IMG/VR virus record: IMGVR_UViG_3300045451_000008
Location: 32,001 to 96,000 of that record
DNA length: 64,000 nt
Strand: one strand, 5' to 3'
From: a virus
Part shown: positions 31,340 through 40,598 of the stretch, piece by piece
Layout: each line of letters opens with the position of its first letter
How positions within the stretch are numbered: position 1 is the stretch's first letter
Position numbers and translations under genes: made by a program
The notes under the pieces: model-generated
Databases searched by the model: none
Seen by the model: the letters and a program-made list of their open reading frames with translations, nothing else
What the model was told of the DNA's origin: nothing

Positions 31340-31513
31340 ATGACCTTCATCGACTTCCTCACCATCTGCTTCATCGCAGCCTTCCTCCTCAGCGCGCTCA
31401 TCCTGGGCCTCGGCATCCGGGAGATGGTCCGTGGGAACCGGCCCCTGCCCGCCCTCCACGAGCAGATCGACTGGACCTCGCGTGCGGAGGTGACATCTGA
31501 CCACTCCCAGTGA
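31340..31513 (+). CDS. Small membrane protein
   Basis: Hydrophobic N-terminal half; leaderless start. Confidence 0.65.
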   Translation: MTFIDFLTICFIAAFLLSALILGLGIREMVRGNRPLPALHEQIDWTSRAEVTSDHSQ

Positions 31514-31519
31514 TACCCT
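31487..31519 (+). promoter_or_regulatory. Degenerate box/promoter copy 13 upstream of a non-coding structured region
   Basis: GAGGTGACATCTGACCACTC, 18 nt, TACCCT. Confidence 0.55.
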
Positions 31520-32058
31520 GGGCTAGAAGCCCCCTGGATGATCTGTGCCCCCACACTTCTGTGCAAACCAGGGGGCTTCTTCATGCCCGCTTGCGTTTCG
31601 CGGATGCTCCGGGTTAGCCTGCTCGCGCACAGATGTGTGGGGGGCGACAGCTCAGCCACTCCAAGCTCGATTCCCAGTCAGACTCCCGGACCAAGTTCCC
31701 GGAGGACACGGACGAAGAGGTTGGACAGGCCTCTCCTACCTCGTGAAGACGATGGCGTCTCACGTTGTCCCCAGGAAGCGAAAGCTGGCCTGGGGGGTAG
31801 GGGGGCTCTGCCCAACATCCAGCTCTTCAAACCCGTCTCCTCCACGAACCAAGTTCTTTCAAGATCAAGAACAAGATCTTGAATCAAGAGGCCAGAGCTA
31901 TGCCCTAAGCTGGCGGAGCTGGGTCACCTTCCTGCTCAGCGAAGATGTGGGTCCGAGTGGCTTGTCCTGCCTTGCTGCTAACAGGGATCGAGGACCCACA
32001 TCTTGGCCACGACTTAGAGTCACCGGACCCTGACTCGAACTACCCGAGGGGGCTCAAG

Positions 32059-32202
32059 ATGGCCGACAACACTTGCCGCAAGTCCGGAGGTGCTCCGCGT
32101 GGCTGGTACTGCACCCGTCTCCTCGGACACCCGGGACCGTGCGCCGCTCGACCCACTCGCTGGAAGAAGCTCCAGCTCTGGTTCAAGGGCACGCCCATCT
32201 GA
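32059..32202 (+). CDS. Small Cys/His (zinc-finger-like) protein
   Basis: C...CTRLLGHPGPC. Confidence 0.55.
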   Translation: MADNTCRKSGGAPRGWYCTRLLGHPGPCAARPTRWKKLQLWFKGTPI

Positions 32203-32425
32203 GGTGCTACCGTGTGAGCGTTCCGCCACAGAACTCGCCCCCCGTTACGACGGACCGGGAAGAAGGCCCTCAGAACTCAGCCGGACGGTTGGACTGGGGG
32301 CCTTCGCCTTGCTACGTTGAGTGCTCCGAGAGCGGATGGCGATCTTCTCCCGGCCACCGGCTAGACCACGCGAAGGCCCTCGTTCACTCAGGTGTTCGGG
32401 GGCCTTCTTCATGCGTAGAACAGTC

Positions 32426-33082
32426 ATGACCCAAGACCTCGCCGCCCTGACCCGGGCCATCAGCTCTCGCTCCCGCGTGCTGGACCAGCGTGCCGGTGAA
32501 GCCCGTGCCACCATCAACCGCGTGAAGGCTGTCCGAGCAGAGATCACTCAGCTCAGTGCTGACATCGAGATTCTGGACCGCACCACCGTGCTCCTGACCT
32601 CCCTCGGTGAAGAGCAGCAGGTCAAGGCACAGCAGACCATCGAGGAGCTGGTCACCCGTGGGCTCCAGAAGATCTTCGATGAGACGCTGAGCTTCCACAT
32701 CCTCCAGACCACTCGTGCCAAGGCTGCCTCGGTCGAGTTCGTCGTGCGCTCCACCTACGACAACGGCACCGTCGTGGACACTCCCGCGCTGGACGCCCGG
32801 GGCGGTGGCCTGGCCGTCGTGATCGGCTTCCTCCTGCGCCTGGTGGTCATGCTCCTTCGCGGAGGCACCTCACAGGACAACATCCTCGTGCTGGACGAGA
32901 CCTTCGCCATGGTCAGTGCCGAGTACCTGGAGACGCTGGGGGAGTTCCTGCGGGAGATCGTGGACAAGACCGGGGTGCAGATCGTCATGGTCACGCACCA
33001 GAACGAGTTCTTGGACTACGCCGACAAGGCGTACCGCTTCAGCAAGACCGATGGACAGACCCAGGTGGCAGAGGTTGCTTAG
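32426..33082 (+). CDS. C-terminal half of an SbcC/Rad50-like ATPase
   Basis: Coiled coil, ARGGG signature-like motif, Walker B LVLDE, H-loop VTHQ; no Walker A. Confidence 0.85.
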   Translation: MTQDLAALTRAISSRSRVLDQRAGEARATINRVKAVRAEITQLSADIEILDRTTVLLTSLGEEQQVKAQQTIEELVTRGLQKIFDETLSFHILQTTRAKAASVEFVVRSTYDNGTVVDTPALDARGGGLAVVIGFLLRLVVMLLRGGTSQDNILVLDETFAMVSAEYLETLGEFLREIVDKTGVQIVMVTHQNEFLDYADKAYRFSKTDGQTQVAEVA

Positions 33083-33440
33083 CTCGATGACGACTACCGG
33101 CACTCCCAGCAAGGTCCTTCGACTCGCCGCTGAGCGGGGGGCGCACCCCGACTGCATCGCAGCCGACTACGAGGGTGCCTGTGTCTTCTGCCGGGCTACG
33201 ATGCACCAGGCCCTGGCCGACACGTACGGCCACCTCGGCTTCATGGACTCGGTCCTGGCCATCATGGAAGACCTGGAAGAAGATTCACGTGGCTGAGGCG
33301 AAGATCAGGTACCGGACCCGCGAAGGGTACTTCAGCACTGCCTACGTGGTCATCACGGGCAACAAGGCTGTCGGCACCAACAAGTACACGGACCTCCCCG
33401 TCGAGGTCGTCTGGGATTTCGTAGAGGATGCGTGGCAGGA

Positions 33441-34535
33441 GTGAGTGAGTCTCTCGCACTGAAGTACCGGCCTCGGGAGTTCACCGACATGATCGGCCAG
33501 CGCCTCACCGCCGTCGTGCTGGAGCAGATGGTCAAGGTCAACAAGATTCCTACCGGGCTCCTCTTCTCCGGCATCCACGGCTCCGGCAAGACCAGCGCCG
33601 CGCGCATCCTCGCTGCCAAGGTCACCCAGGGCACGGGCGCTGAAGTCGGTCTCCGCGTGCTGGAGCTGGACGCCGCGTCCAACGGCACCGTGGGCGACAT
33701 CCGCAACCTCATCGAGACCCTGCGCTACGACGTCGGCTCCGAGCACCGGGTGGTCATCTTGGACGAGGCGCACTCCATGACGAGGGAGGCGTTCAACGCG
33801 CTCCTCAAGACGCTGGAGGAGCCCCCTGCGGGCACCATCTTCATCCTGAACACCACGGAGCCGGAGAAAATCCCCGACACCGTCAAGAGCCGCCTGATGG
33901 AGTTCGAGTTCAGCCGGGTGGCACCCGCCGAGATCCTCGACCGGCTCGCTCTCATCGCCAAGCGCGAGGGCATCGCGGTGGAGCTGGACCTCTTGGAGAT
34001 CCTCTCGGATCGCGCGGGCGGCTCGGTGCGCAACGCCATCGTGCTCCTGGACCAGATCTCCATGGCGGGCATCAGCACGAAAGAAGAATTCCAGGAGCTG
34101 GCCGGGGACAAGGACACCGCTCCCCCACTCCTGTTCGCCTTCCTCACGGGCGACATCGGCGCCGCCTACCAGGCGCTGGAGGTGCAGATGCGGCTGACGG
34201 GTGACCCCTCTCGCATCTCCTCCGCACTGGTGACCTGCCTCCGGGACCTCCTCGTGCTTCGCTCAGGAGGGTCGCTGAAGGCGCGAGGGCTCGCGCTCCA
34301 GTACCGGGTCCAGCTCTCCCACAAGCTCTCTTCGGAGCAGATTTTGGAGGCGCTGAAGCTCCTGTGGGACCTGAAGACTAAGACGAGGCCTTCGGATGAC
34401 GCGCTGGAGAATCTCGAACTCGTAGTCGGACTTCTCACTAAGGTTCTGGCCAGTCGAATCAAGGAAAAAGAGCCGGTCACGGTCTATTCCACTCATACCT
34501 CGGAAAAGCAGCTCTCTCTTTCCGACCTCCAGTAG
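33441..34535 (+). CDS. dnaX: DNA polymerase III gamma/tau (clamp loader) subunit
   Basis: LALKYRP, GIHGSGKTS, ELDAASN, ILDEAH, AFNALLKTLEEPP, TVKSR, GGSVRNA. Confidence 0.95.
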   Translation: MSESLALKYRPREFTDMIGQRLTAVVLEQMVKVNKIPTGLLFSGIHGSGKTSAARILAAKVTQGTGAEVGLRVLELDAASNGTVGDIRNLIETLRYDVGSEHRVVILDEAHSMTREAFNALLKTLEEPPAGTIFILNTTEPEKIPDTVKSRLMEFEFSRVAPAEILDRLALIAKREGIAVELDLLEILSDRAGGSVRNAIVLLDQISMAGISTKEEFQELAGDKDTAPPLLFAFLTGDIGAAYQALEVQMRLTGDPSRISSALVTCLRDLLVLRSGGSLKARGLALQYRVQLSHKLSSEQILEALKLLWDLKTKTRPSDDALENLELVVGLLTKVLASRIKEKEPVTVYSTHTSEKQLSLSDLQ

Positions 34536-34538
34536 TGC

Positions 34539-34553
34539 TTGCTAGTAAGGGGT
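34539..34553 (+). promoter_or_regulatory. Putative late promoter motif TTGCTAGTA
   Basis: Starts 15 nt before ATG 34554; repeated at 50763 and 58040. Confidence 0.65.
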
Positions 34554-35003
34554 ATGACTGCTCGCGATCCTGATGGACCTCCCCAGGACGAACTGGCATT
34601 CCTGTATCAGTACGACACTGAGCTGCCTCAGGAAGTCGATGAGTGGAACGCCATCTACGACGGTCTCATCGCGCAGATGAAGCGGGAGGCCTCCGGGACT
34701 CCGATGACGACGGTGCAGAACCTCCTCATCGAGCGCATCGCTCGCTCCTACGTGGACCTGCGCCGCGGTGAAGTCGGTGGCATGACCATCCGCGACCGCA
34801 AGGAGCTGACCGCTCTCTGGATCTCGATGACGACGGAGTTCAACAAGCTCCTGAAGCTCACCGAGGATCAGCGCCTCGAAGACTTCAAGTCCGCCAGCGT
34901 GGACATCTTCTTCGGCGTGCTGGACAGCATCGAGGACCCCGTCACTCGACGGTCGCTGTTGCTCTCCACCAAGGAGAAGTTCGCAGCCCTGGAAAACAAC
35001 TAA
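34554..35003 (+). CDS. Helical protein, candidate terminase small subunit
   Basis: First gene of the late operon, upstream of TerL; function from position only. Confidence 0.5.
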   Translation: MTARDPDGPPQDELAFLYQYDTELPQEVDEWNAIYDGLIAQMKREASGTPMTTVQNLLIERIARSYVDLRRGEVGGMTIRDRKELTALWISMTTEFNKLLKLTEDQRLEDFKSASVDIFFGVLDSIEDPVTRRSLLLSTKEKFAALENN

Positions 35004-35012
35004 GGAGACATC

Positions 35013-35345
35013 ATGACCATCAGCTTCGATTCCGGCATCGTCAAGGTCCTGAAGGACGGCACCCAGGTGCTGAGCCACTACCTCGACAAGGGCGAGAAGA
35101 TGCTCGACGGGCGTACCTACGCCGAGGTCGAGAAGGACCTGGGCAAGCAGGCGCAGGGCGAGGTCTCCAGCGTCGAGCAGCGTCCGGGCGAGGGCGCCGA
35201 CGCCACCGAGACCAAGGACGAGCAGGGCGCCGCTTCCGAGAAGGAGCAGCAGGACGCCGCCGCCAAGGCGAAGGCCGACGCGGACGCCGCAGCCGCTGCC
35301 AAGGCCAAGGCGGACGCCGACAAGGCCAAGCAGGGCACCAAGTAA
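35013..35345 (+). CDS. Hypothetical protein with an Ala/Lys/Asp low-complexity tail
   Basis: AAGGAG RBS; strong codon bias. Confidence 0.75.
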   Translation: MTISFDSGIVKVLKDGTQVLSHYLDKGEKMLDGRTYAEVEKDLGKQAQGEVSSVEQRPGEGADATETKDEQGAASEKEQQDAAAKAKADADAAAAAKAKADADKAKQGTK

Positions 35346-35347
35346 CC

Positions 35348-36079
35348 ATGTCTGACCGCGAGGACATGGGCCTCGTCCTTCTTCTGGCCGGGGGTGGGGG
35401 TTGTTCACTCGACTCCTCCCCCGGCAAGAACTGGGTCGAGAATTCGGGCGGACTTCCCGACTACATCTGCCGGATCGCCAAGTCGATCTCCAAGGGTGGG
35501 AAGTCCAAATCCGCTGCCATCGCCATCGCTGTCTCTCGTGTCAAGGCATGGGCGGCGGGTGGCGACGACGTGGACGCGGACACTCGCGCGAAGGCTGGAA
35601 AGGCCGTCGCGGAGTGGGAAGCGCTCAAGGCCAAGAACAAGGCCCGCAAGGTGGTCAAGGCCTCTCGCATCGACGGGTCCGGCTACCTCCAGCTCTCGAA
35701 CACCGACGACTCGTTCAACACCGAGATCGTCAAGACGGCCTGGCGACAGGCCACCGACGAGGCGCGCAAGTACGCCCGTGCTCAGGCCAAGGCTCAGGGC
35801 CTGGGTTACGACTCCTACGAGTCGGTCCCCTACAGCTACATCCGTGAGCTGTGGACGGACTACATCATCGTGGAGGTCGAGGGCAACCAGTCGAACTTCC
35901 TGAAGGTGCCGTTCACCGTCAGTGGCAACGCGGTCTCCTTCGGGGACCCGACCGCCGTCAAGGTCGCCTACGTGCCCGTCGAGTCCATCGCGCTGTCCTC
36001 CAATGAGCGGCAGCTCCTGGGGTCGCTCCTGACCCCGCCCTCCGTCGCGGATCAGGTTCGCGCACTGATGCAGAAGTAG
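35348..36079 (+). CDS. Probable head-associated protein
   Basis: Located in the head module; carries x-L-[SA] motifs like the scaffold. Confidence 0.6.
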   Translation: MSDREDMGLVLLLAGGGGCSLDSSPGKNWVENSGGLPDYICRIAKSISKGGKSKSAAIAIAVSRVKAWAAGGDDVDADTRAKAGKAVAEWEALKAKNKARKVVKASRIDGSGYLQLSNTDDSFNTEIVKTAWRQATDEARKYARAQAKAQGLGYDSYESVPYSYIRELWTDYIIVEVEGNQSNFLKVPFTVSGNAVSFGDPTAVKVAYVPVESIALSSNERQLLGSLLTPPSVADQVRALMQK

Positions 36080-36085
36080 GACTAC

Positions 36086-37945
36086 GTGGCTCGGTCATTC
36101 GATGACCTGTTCGCAGAGAGGGAAGCGGTTCGCACCACTTCCCTCTCTGACGTGTTCTCGGAAGAGCCCGTCCGACTGGAGGTCTTCGTCAGCGACAAGA
36201 AGTTCCTGGCGCAGCCCAAGCTCTCCGAGATCCAGTACGCGGCCCTGCGCAACATCGAGCGCGTCTACATGCCGGACCTCTACCCGCGCATGGCCGAGGC
36301 CTTCGACCCCTACTGGGGCGAGATCCGGCGCCTGACGAACCTCATCACGCTCCAGTGGGGGAAGGGCTCCGGCAAGGACCACATCTGCCGTCTGGCGTCC
36401 CTGCGCATCGCCTACCTCCTCATGTGCCTGAAGTCCCCGCAGTCCTACTTCGGGACGCCTGAGCAGGACTCCATCCACATGCTTAACATCGCATCGAGCG
36501 CGTCGCAGGCCGACACCGCCTTCTTCCGCCCCATGATCCGTGCGGTCAACAACAGTCCGTGGTTCCGGGACAAGGCCGAGCCCAAGCAGGGCTTCATCGC
36601 CTACGACAAGAACATCGAAGCCATCTCCGGCCACTCCGACTCGGAGACCCAGGAGGGTGGAAACCTCATCCTCGCGGTGCTCGATGAGATCGATGCGTTC
36701 AAGACCAAGGAAGAGCTGTCGCGCCACAACCCCAAGGCCGTGCGTGACTCTCCTCGCTCCGCTGAGTCCATCCTCAAGATGACTCGTACGTCGAGCACCA
36801 CGCGATTCCCTGTCGTCTACAAGAACGTGCGCATCTCCTACCCGCGCTACCAGGGCTCCACCATCCAGAAGCTCACGGCTGAGGGCCAGCGCGACGTGGA
36901 CGCCTACGGTGACACCTCGCGCCACTTCGTCTCCGGTCCCTTCGCCACGTGGGAGGTCAACCCCCTCCGCAAGAAGGAGGACTTCGACACCGAGTTCCGT
37001 GAGGACCCGGTCATGTCCAAGGCCATGTACATGTGCCAGCCCTCCCGGGCCACGGACGCCTACTTCCGCAACATGCCCGCCATCCGTTCGTGCGTCATCG
37101 AGGGGGAGCAGCCCATCACGGTGGAGTACAAGCTCCGCACCCTGCGCAGCGACCTGACCGGGAATCTTGTTCAGACCTGGCAGGCCGAGTTCACCATCGC
37201 TCCGTGGTTCAAGCCCATCGCAGGGGCTCAGTACGCCATGCACGGTGACCTCGCGCTTCGCGGTGACCGTGCAGGCATCTCCATGTCTCACATCAAGCGC
37301 TGGGAGGATCGTCCGGAGACAGTCACTCTCGATGACGGCTCGGAGATCCAGGAGTACAACTCGGTCCCCATCGTGGAGAACGACTTCGTTCTCGCGCTGG
37401 AGTCCAAGCTCAACGAGACCCCTTCTCGCGAGATTCAGATTCGATGGGCGCGAGAGCTGGCTTACGAGCTGTACAAGCTCGGATTCCACATCGCCATGTT
37501 CTCCTTCGACGGCTTCCAGTCCGCTGACTCGATGCAGATTCTGAATCAGCGTGGCATCGAGACCAAGAAGATTTCCGCCGACGTCAACGACGACGTCTGG
37601 AAGGCACTGCGGGATGTCGGCTACGACGACCGCCTCGTGCTCAAGTTCAATCAGCTCCTCTTCGATGAGCTGGAAGCCCTCTCCAAGATTCCCGGTGGCA
37701 AGGTTGACCACCCGCCTTCGGGATCCAAGGACCTGGCGGATGCACTCGCGTGCTCTATCCTGGGGGCTATCGAGGTTGGTGGACAGGAAGACCCGACAGG
37801 GGAAGCCTTCTCCAGCGGCGAGAAGATCTTTGAAGTCGGAGACGCGCTCTCCATGCCTGATGGCTTCGATGATTGGTCCATGGCTTCGAGTGACCATCTC
37901 GGACTTCCAGTAGGCATGAAGGGATCTGGTTTCGGTGGCTACTGA
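36086..37945 (+). CDS. terL: Terminase large subunit
   Basis: QY/Walker A WGKGSGKD, Walker B VLDEID, nuclease HGDLA...SFDGFQ...DHPPSGSKDLADA. Confidence 0.92.
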   Translation: MARSFDDLFAEREAVRTTSLSDVFSEEPVRLEVFVSDKKFLAQPKLSEIQYAALRNIERVYMPDLYPRMAEAFDPYWGEIRRLTNLITLQWGKGSGKDHICRLASLRIAYLLMCLKSPQSYFGTPEQDSIHMLNIASSASQADTAFFRPMIRAVNNSPWFRDKAEPKQGFIAYDKNIEAISGHSDSETQEGGNLILAVLDEIDAFKTKEELSRHNPKAVRDSPRSAESILKMTRTSSTTRFPVVYKNVRISYPRYQGSTIQKLTAEGQRDVDAYGDTSRHFVSGPFATWEVNPLRKKEDFDTEFREDPVMSKAMYMCQPSRATDAYFRNMPAIRSCVIEGEQPITVEYKLRTLRSDLTGNLVQTWQAEFTIAPWFKPIAGAQYAMHGDLALRGDRAGISMSHIKRWEDRPETVTLDDGSEIQEYNSVPIVENDFVLALESKLNETPSREIQIRWARELAYELYKLGFHIAMFSFDGFQSADSMQILNQRGIETKKISADVNDDVWKALRDVGYDDRLVLKFNQLLFDELEALSKIPGGKVDHPPSGSKDLADALACSILGAIEVGGQEDPTGEAFSSGEKIFEVGDALSMPDGFDDWSMASSDHLGLPVGMKGSGFGGY

Positions 37946-39794
37946 CGACGTCAAGAAGAAGAATGAGCTGGCAGTCGTAGACCAGGAGGAAGCGACTGAG
38001 TCTCCCGAGGTGGCCGAGCGTCCCCTGCCCGTAGAGCTGGGTATCGAGATCGGTGTCGAGAGCAATCTCCCCTTCTCGACCCACTACACCCCTCCGATGG
38101 GCTCGCGCCGCAACATCCGGGACGACCTCTACGAGACCATCCGGGAGACCTACGGCCAGGACTTCGGCCCGACTCCTCGTGACCTCGTCTCCATGCGGCG
38201 CCAGGACGGCCAGGCACGTGCCCTGTACCGCCTCCTGACGCTGCCTGTGAAGGCCGCGCTGGCGTCCTCGACCTTCCTCCCCGCCGAGGGTGGAGAGGCC
38301 GAGCAGGAGTACATCGAGCAGGTCTTCAACCTCCCGCCCGAGCACGGCGGCATGAGTGTCACCTTCTCGCACTTCATGAGCCAGCTCCTCATGGGTCTCT
38401 TCGACGGCTTTGCAGCCTTCGAGCAGGTCTACTGGATGCCGACCTTCGGCCCGCTGTCCGGCAAGTACACCCTCAAGAAGCTCGCGTACCGGCCCTCCGA
38501 GACCATCACCTTCGTTACGGACCAGGGCGGCTCCTTCGCAGGCTTCCGCCAGCGTGCTTTCCAGCACGGCAAGCAGATCGACGCGTTCATCCCGGTCGAG
38601 AACTGCTTCTACTACGCGGCGCAGGAGGAGGAGCGCAAGTTCTATGGTGTGAGCTTCTTCCAGTCGGCGTACTACCACTACGACAAGAAGATGAAGATCT
38701 ACTTCACCGCGCACCTCGCAGCCCAGCGCGCCGCGGTCGGTACTCGCATCGGCACCTATCCGGCTGCCGCAGGACCCACGTCCAAGGCCGTCTTCAAGCA
38801 GGCCCTCTCCGAGGTCGCCTTCGCGCAGTTCATGATGATGCCCGAGGGCTACAAGGTCGAGTCGCTCAAGGAGAGCGGGTCTTTCGACTTCCTGAACTAC
38901 ATCAACCACCACAACTCGCAGATGTCCAAGTCGGTGCTCGCGAACTTCTTCGACTCGGACACGGGTGGTGGCTCTGCCGACGCTTCTCTCGTCAACTTCG
39001 GTCAGCCCGGTGACGAGATGTTCACCCTGATGCTTCGTGGCGTCATGGACGACATCGCGAACTCCATCAACCACTACATCATCCCGCGGCTCATCGACTG
39101 GAACTTCGAGGGCGGCAAGTACCCGACCTTCACGTGGGCCAGCTTCACCGACGAGCAGCGCTCGATCATCGCGGATACCTTCAAGACGCTCTCCACGGCA
39201 GGCCAGTCCATGACGGTCACGCCGGAGTTCATGCGTGCTCTGGAGATCCACATGGCCGACGAGATGGGCCTGGAGGTGGACTACGAGGCCGTCGAGGAGC
39301 GCGAGGCCGAGGAGAAGGCTCAGCAGGAAGAGATGATGGCGCAGCAGCAGGCTGCCATGGACGCGCAGAACCAGCCCGTGGACGAGGAAGAGCCGGTGGA
39401 CCCCGCCGACCAGTTCGAGACCTCCGCAGGCTTCTCGAACACCGAGTCCTCCGACGAGATGGTCAAGCTCGCTCGCGGCATGCTGGACGAGGCCGAGCTG
39501 GAGCTGTCGCGCCGGGTGGCCACCAAGGAGGGCTCCGATAAGTTCGGTGCTCCCATCGGCACGCTCATCACCGAGGACAACATCGCGAAGGCGGAGAAGA
39601 ACACCAAGCGCAAGGTCACCCTCGTGCGCCTCATCTCCCTCCAGGCTCAGATCGACGCGGCCAACGAACTCGGCAACGAGCTTGCGGCCAAGGCGGCGCA
39701 GGACTCCTTCAACGAGGCCATGACGGAGTACACGGGTGGTCGCAACGTCGAGTACGTCAAGGAGCAGCTTCGCGCTCTGACCGGCAAGAAGTAG
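37935..39794 (+). CDS. Portal protein (DUF935/Mu gp29-like) with C-terminal extension
   Basis: Follows TerL; GFAAFEQVY, YGVSFFQSAY, IIPRLIDWNF motifs. Confidence 0.88.
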   Translation: MATDDVKKKNELAVVDQEEATESPEVAERPLPVELGIEIGVESNLPFSTHYTPPMGSRRNIRDDLYETIRETYGQDFGPTPRDLVSMRRQDGQARALYRLLTLPVKAALASSTFLPAEGGEAEQEYIEQVFNLPPEHGGMSVTFSHFMSQLLMGLFDGFAAFEQVYWMPTFGPLSGKYTLKKLAYRPSETITFVTDQGGSFAGFRQRAFQHGKQIDAFIPVENCFYYAAQEEERKFYGVSFFQSAYYHYDKKMKIYFTAHLAAQRAAVGTRIGTYPAAAGPTSKAVFKQALSEVAFAQFMMMPEGYKVESLKESGSFDFLNYINHHNSQMSKSVLANFFDSDTGGGSADASLVNFGQPGDEMFTLMLRGVMDDIANSINHYIIPRLIDWNFEGGKYPTFTWASFTDEQRSIIADTFKTLSTAGQSMTVTPEFMRALEIHMADEMGLEVDYEAVEEREAEEKAQQEEMMAQQQAAMDAQNQPVDEEEPVDPADQFETSAGFSNTESSDEMVKLARGMLDEAELELSRRVATKEGSDKFGAPIGTLITEDNIAKAEKNTKRKVTLVRLISLQAQIDAANELGNELAAKAAQDSFNEAMTEYTGGRNVEYVKEQLRALTGKK

Positions 39795-39797
39795 ATC

Positions 39798-40598
39798 GTG
39801 GTGTCCTTCAGTCAGCAGATGGAGGACTCCAGGACGGCACACCTCGCGGTGACCGCTCTGGACGAGGCCGCGCGCCTTCAGATTGCCGCCGCCTACCTGG
39901 CGTGGGATGCCGGGGAGCTGAACGCTCAGACGGTCCGTCACCGGCTTGAGGCCATCGTCCGCATGTCGTACCGCGCAGCCTCTCAAGTGGGCGCAGAGGC
40001 GGCACAGAGGGCCGCAGGAGACATCCCAGGCTGGAAGCCCAAGGCCGTCTTCAACAACGACTACCTCCAGGACCTCCTCAAGGACGTCCGGCGCAACCTC
40101 CGGGAGTACAAGGCCTCCAAGCGCACGGACGCGGACCGGCGCCGAGCAGTGCTCTACACGCAGCACAGCGCCGGGGTGGCGGCACAGCGAGCGTTCACGG
40201 ACTCCACCATCGAGAGCTACGCCAACGTCGAGGCCCTGGGCTACGAGGTCATCAAGATCTGGCTGGCCAACTTCGTGGACAACACTCCCTGCCAGCACTG
40301 CCGTGACCTGCATGGCACTCGTGTGGGTCTCCGTGAGCCCTTCAAGGTGCCGACCAAGACCCTCAAGATCTACCGGGACCTCCAGGGTCCGCCCCGTCAC
40401 CCTCGCTGCCACTGCTATCTCTGCGTCCTCGTGGTCAACCTGGAGAACGCGTTCGAGGAGATCGAGCCGCTCAAGCCGCCGACTACAGCTCCCGTGACGA
40501 TGACTACTCAAGAGGTCAAGAAGATTCCTGCCAAGGTCTTCTCGTCCATCGTCGGAGTGCTCAAGAAGATTCAGAAGACTCTCAAGGGAGCACCGTGA
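39798..40598 (+). CDS. MuF/gp7-like minor head morphogenesis protein
   Basis: KIW...PCQHCRDLHG...PPRHPRCHC. Confidence 0.85.
   Translation: MVSFSQQMEDSRTAHLAVTALDEAARLQIAAAYLAWDAGELNAQTVRHRLEAIVRMSYRAASQVGAEAAQRAAGDIPGWKPKAVFNNDYLQDLLKDVRRNLREYKASKRTDADRRRAVLYTQHSAGVAAQRAFTDSTIESYANVEALGYEVIKIWLANFVDNTPCQHCRDLHGTRVGLREPFKVPTKTLKIYRDLQGPPRHPRCHCYLCVLVVNLENAFEEIEPLKPPTTAPVTMTTQEVKKIPAKVFSSIVGVLKKIQKTLKGAP

Noticed and set aside
1205-31519. Repeated palindrome as a CRISPR array or attachment site
   Set aside because: Copies are dispersed kilobases apart and each is paired with a -10 element; there are no regular spacers and no integrase or cas operon in the window
31514-32420. tRNA genes in the non-coding gap
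   Set aside because: No cloverleaf with T-loop GTTCRA and acceptor stem could be identified by eye
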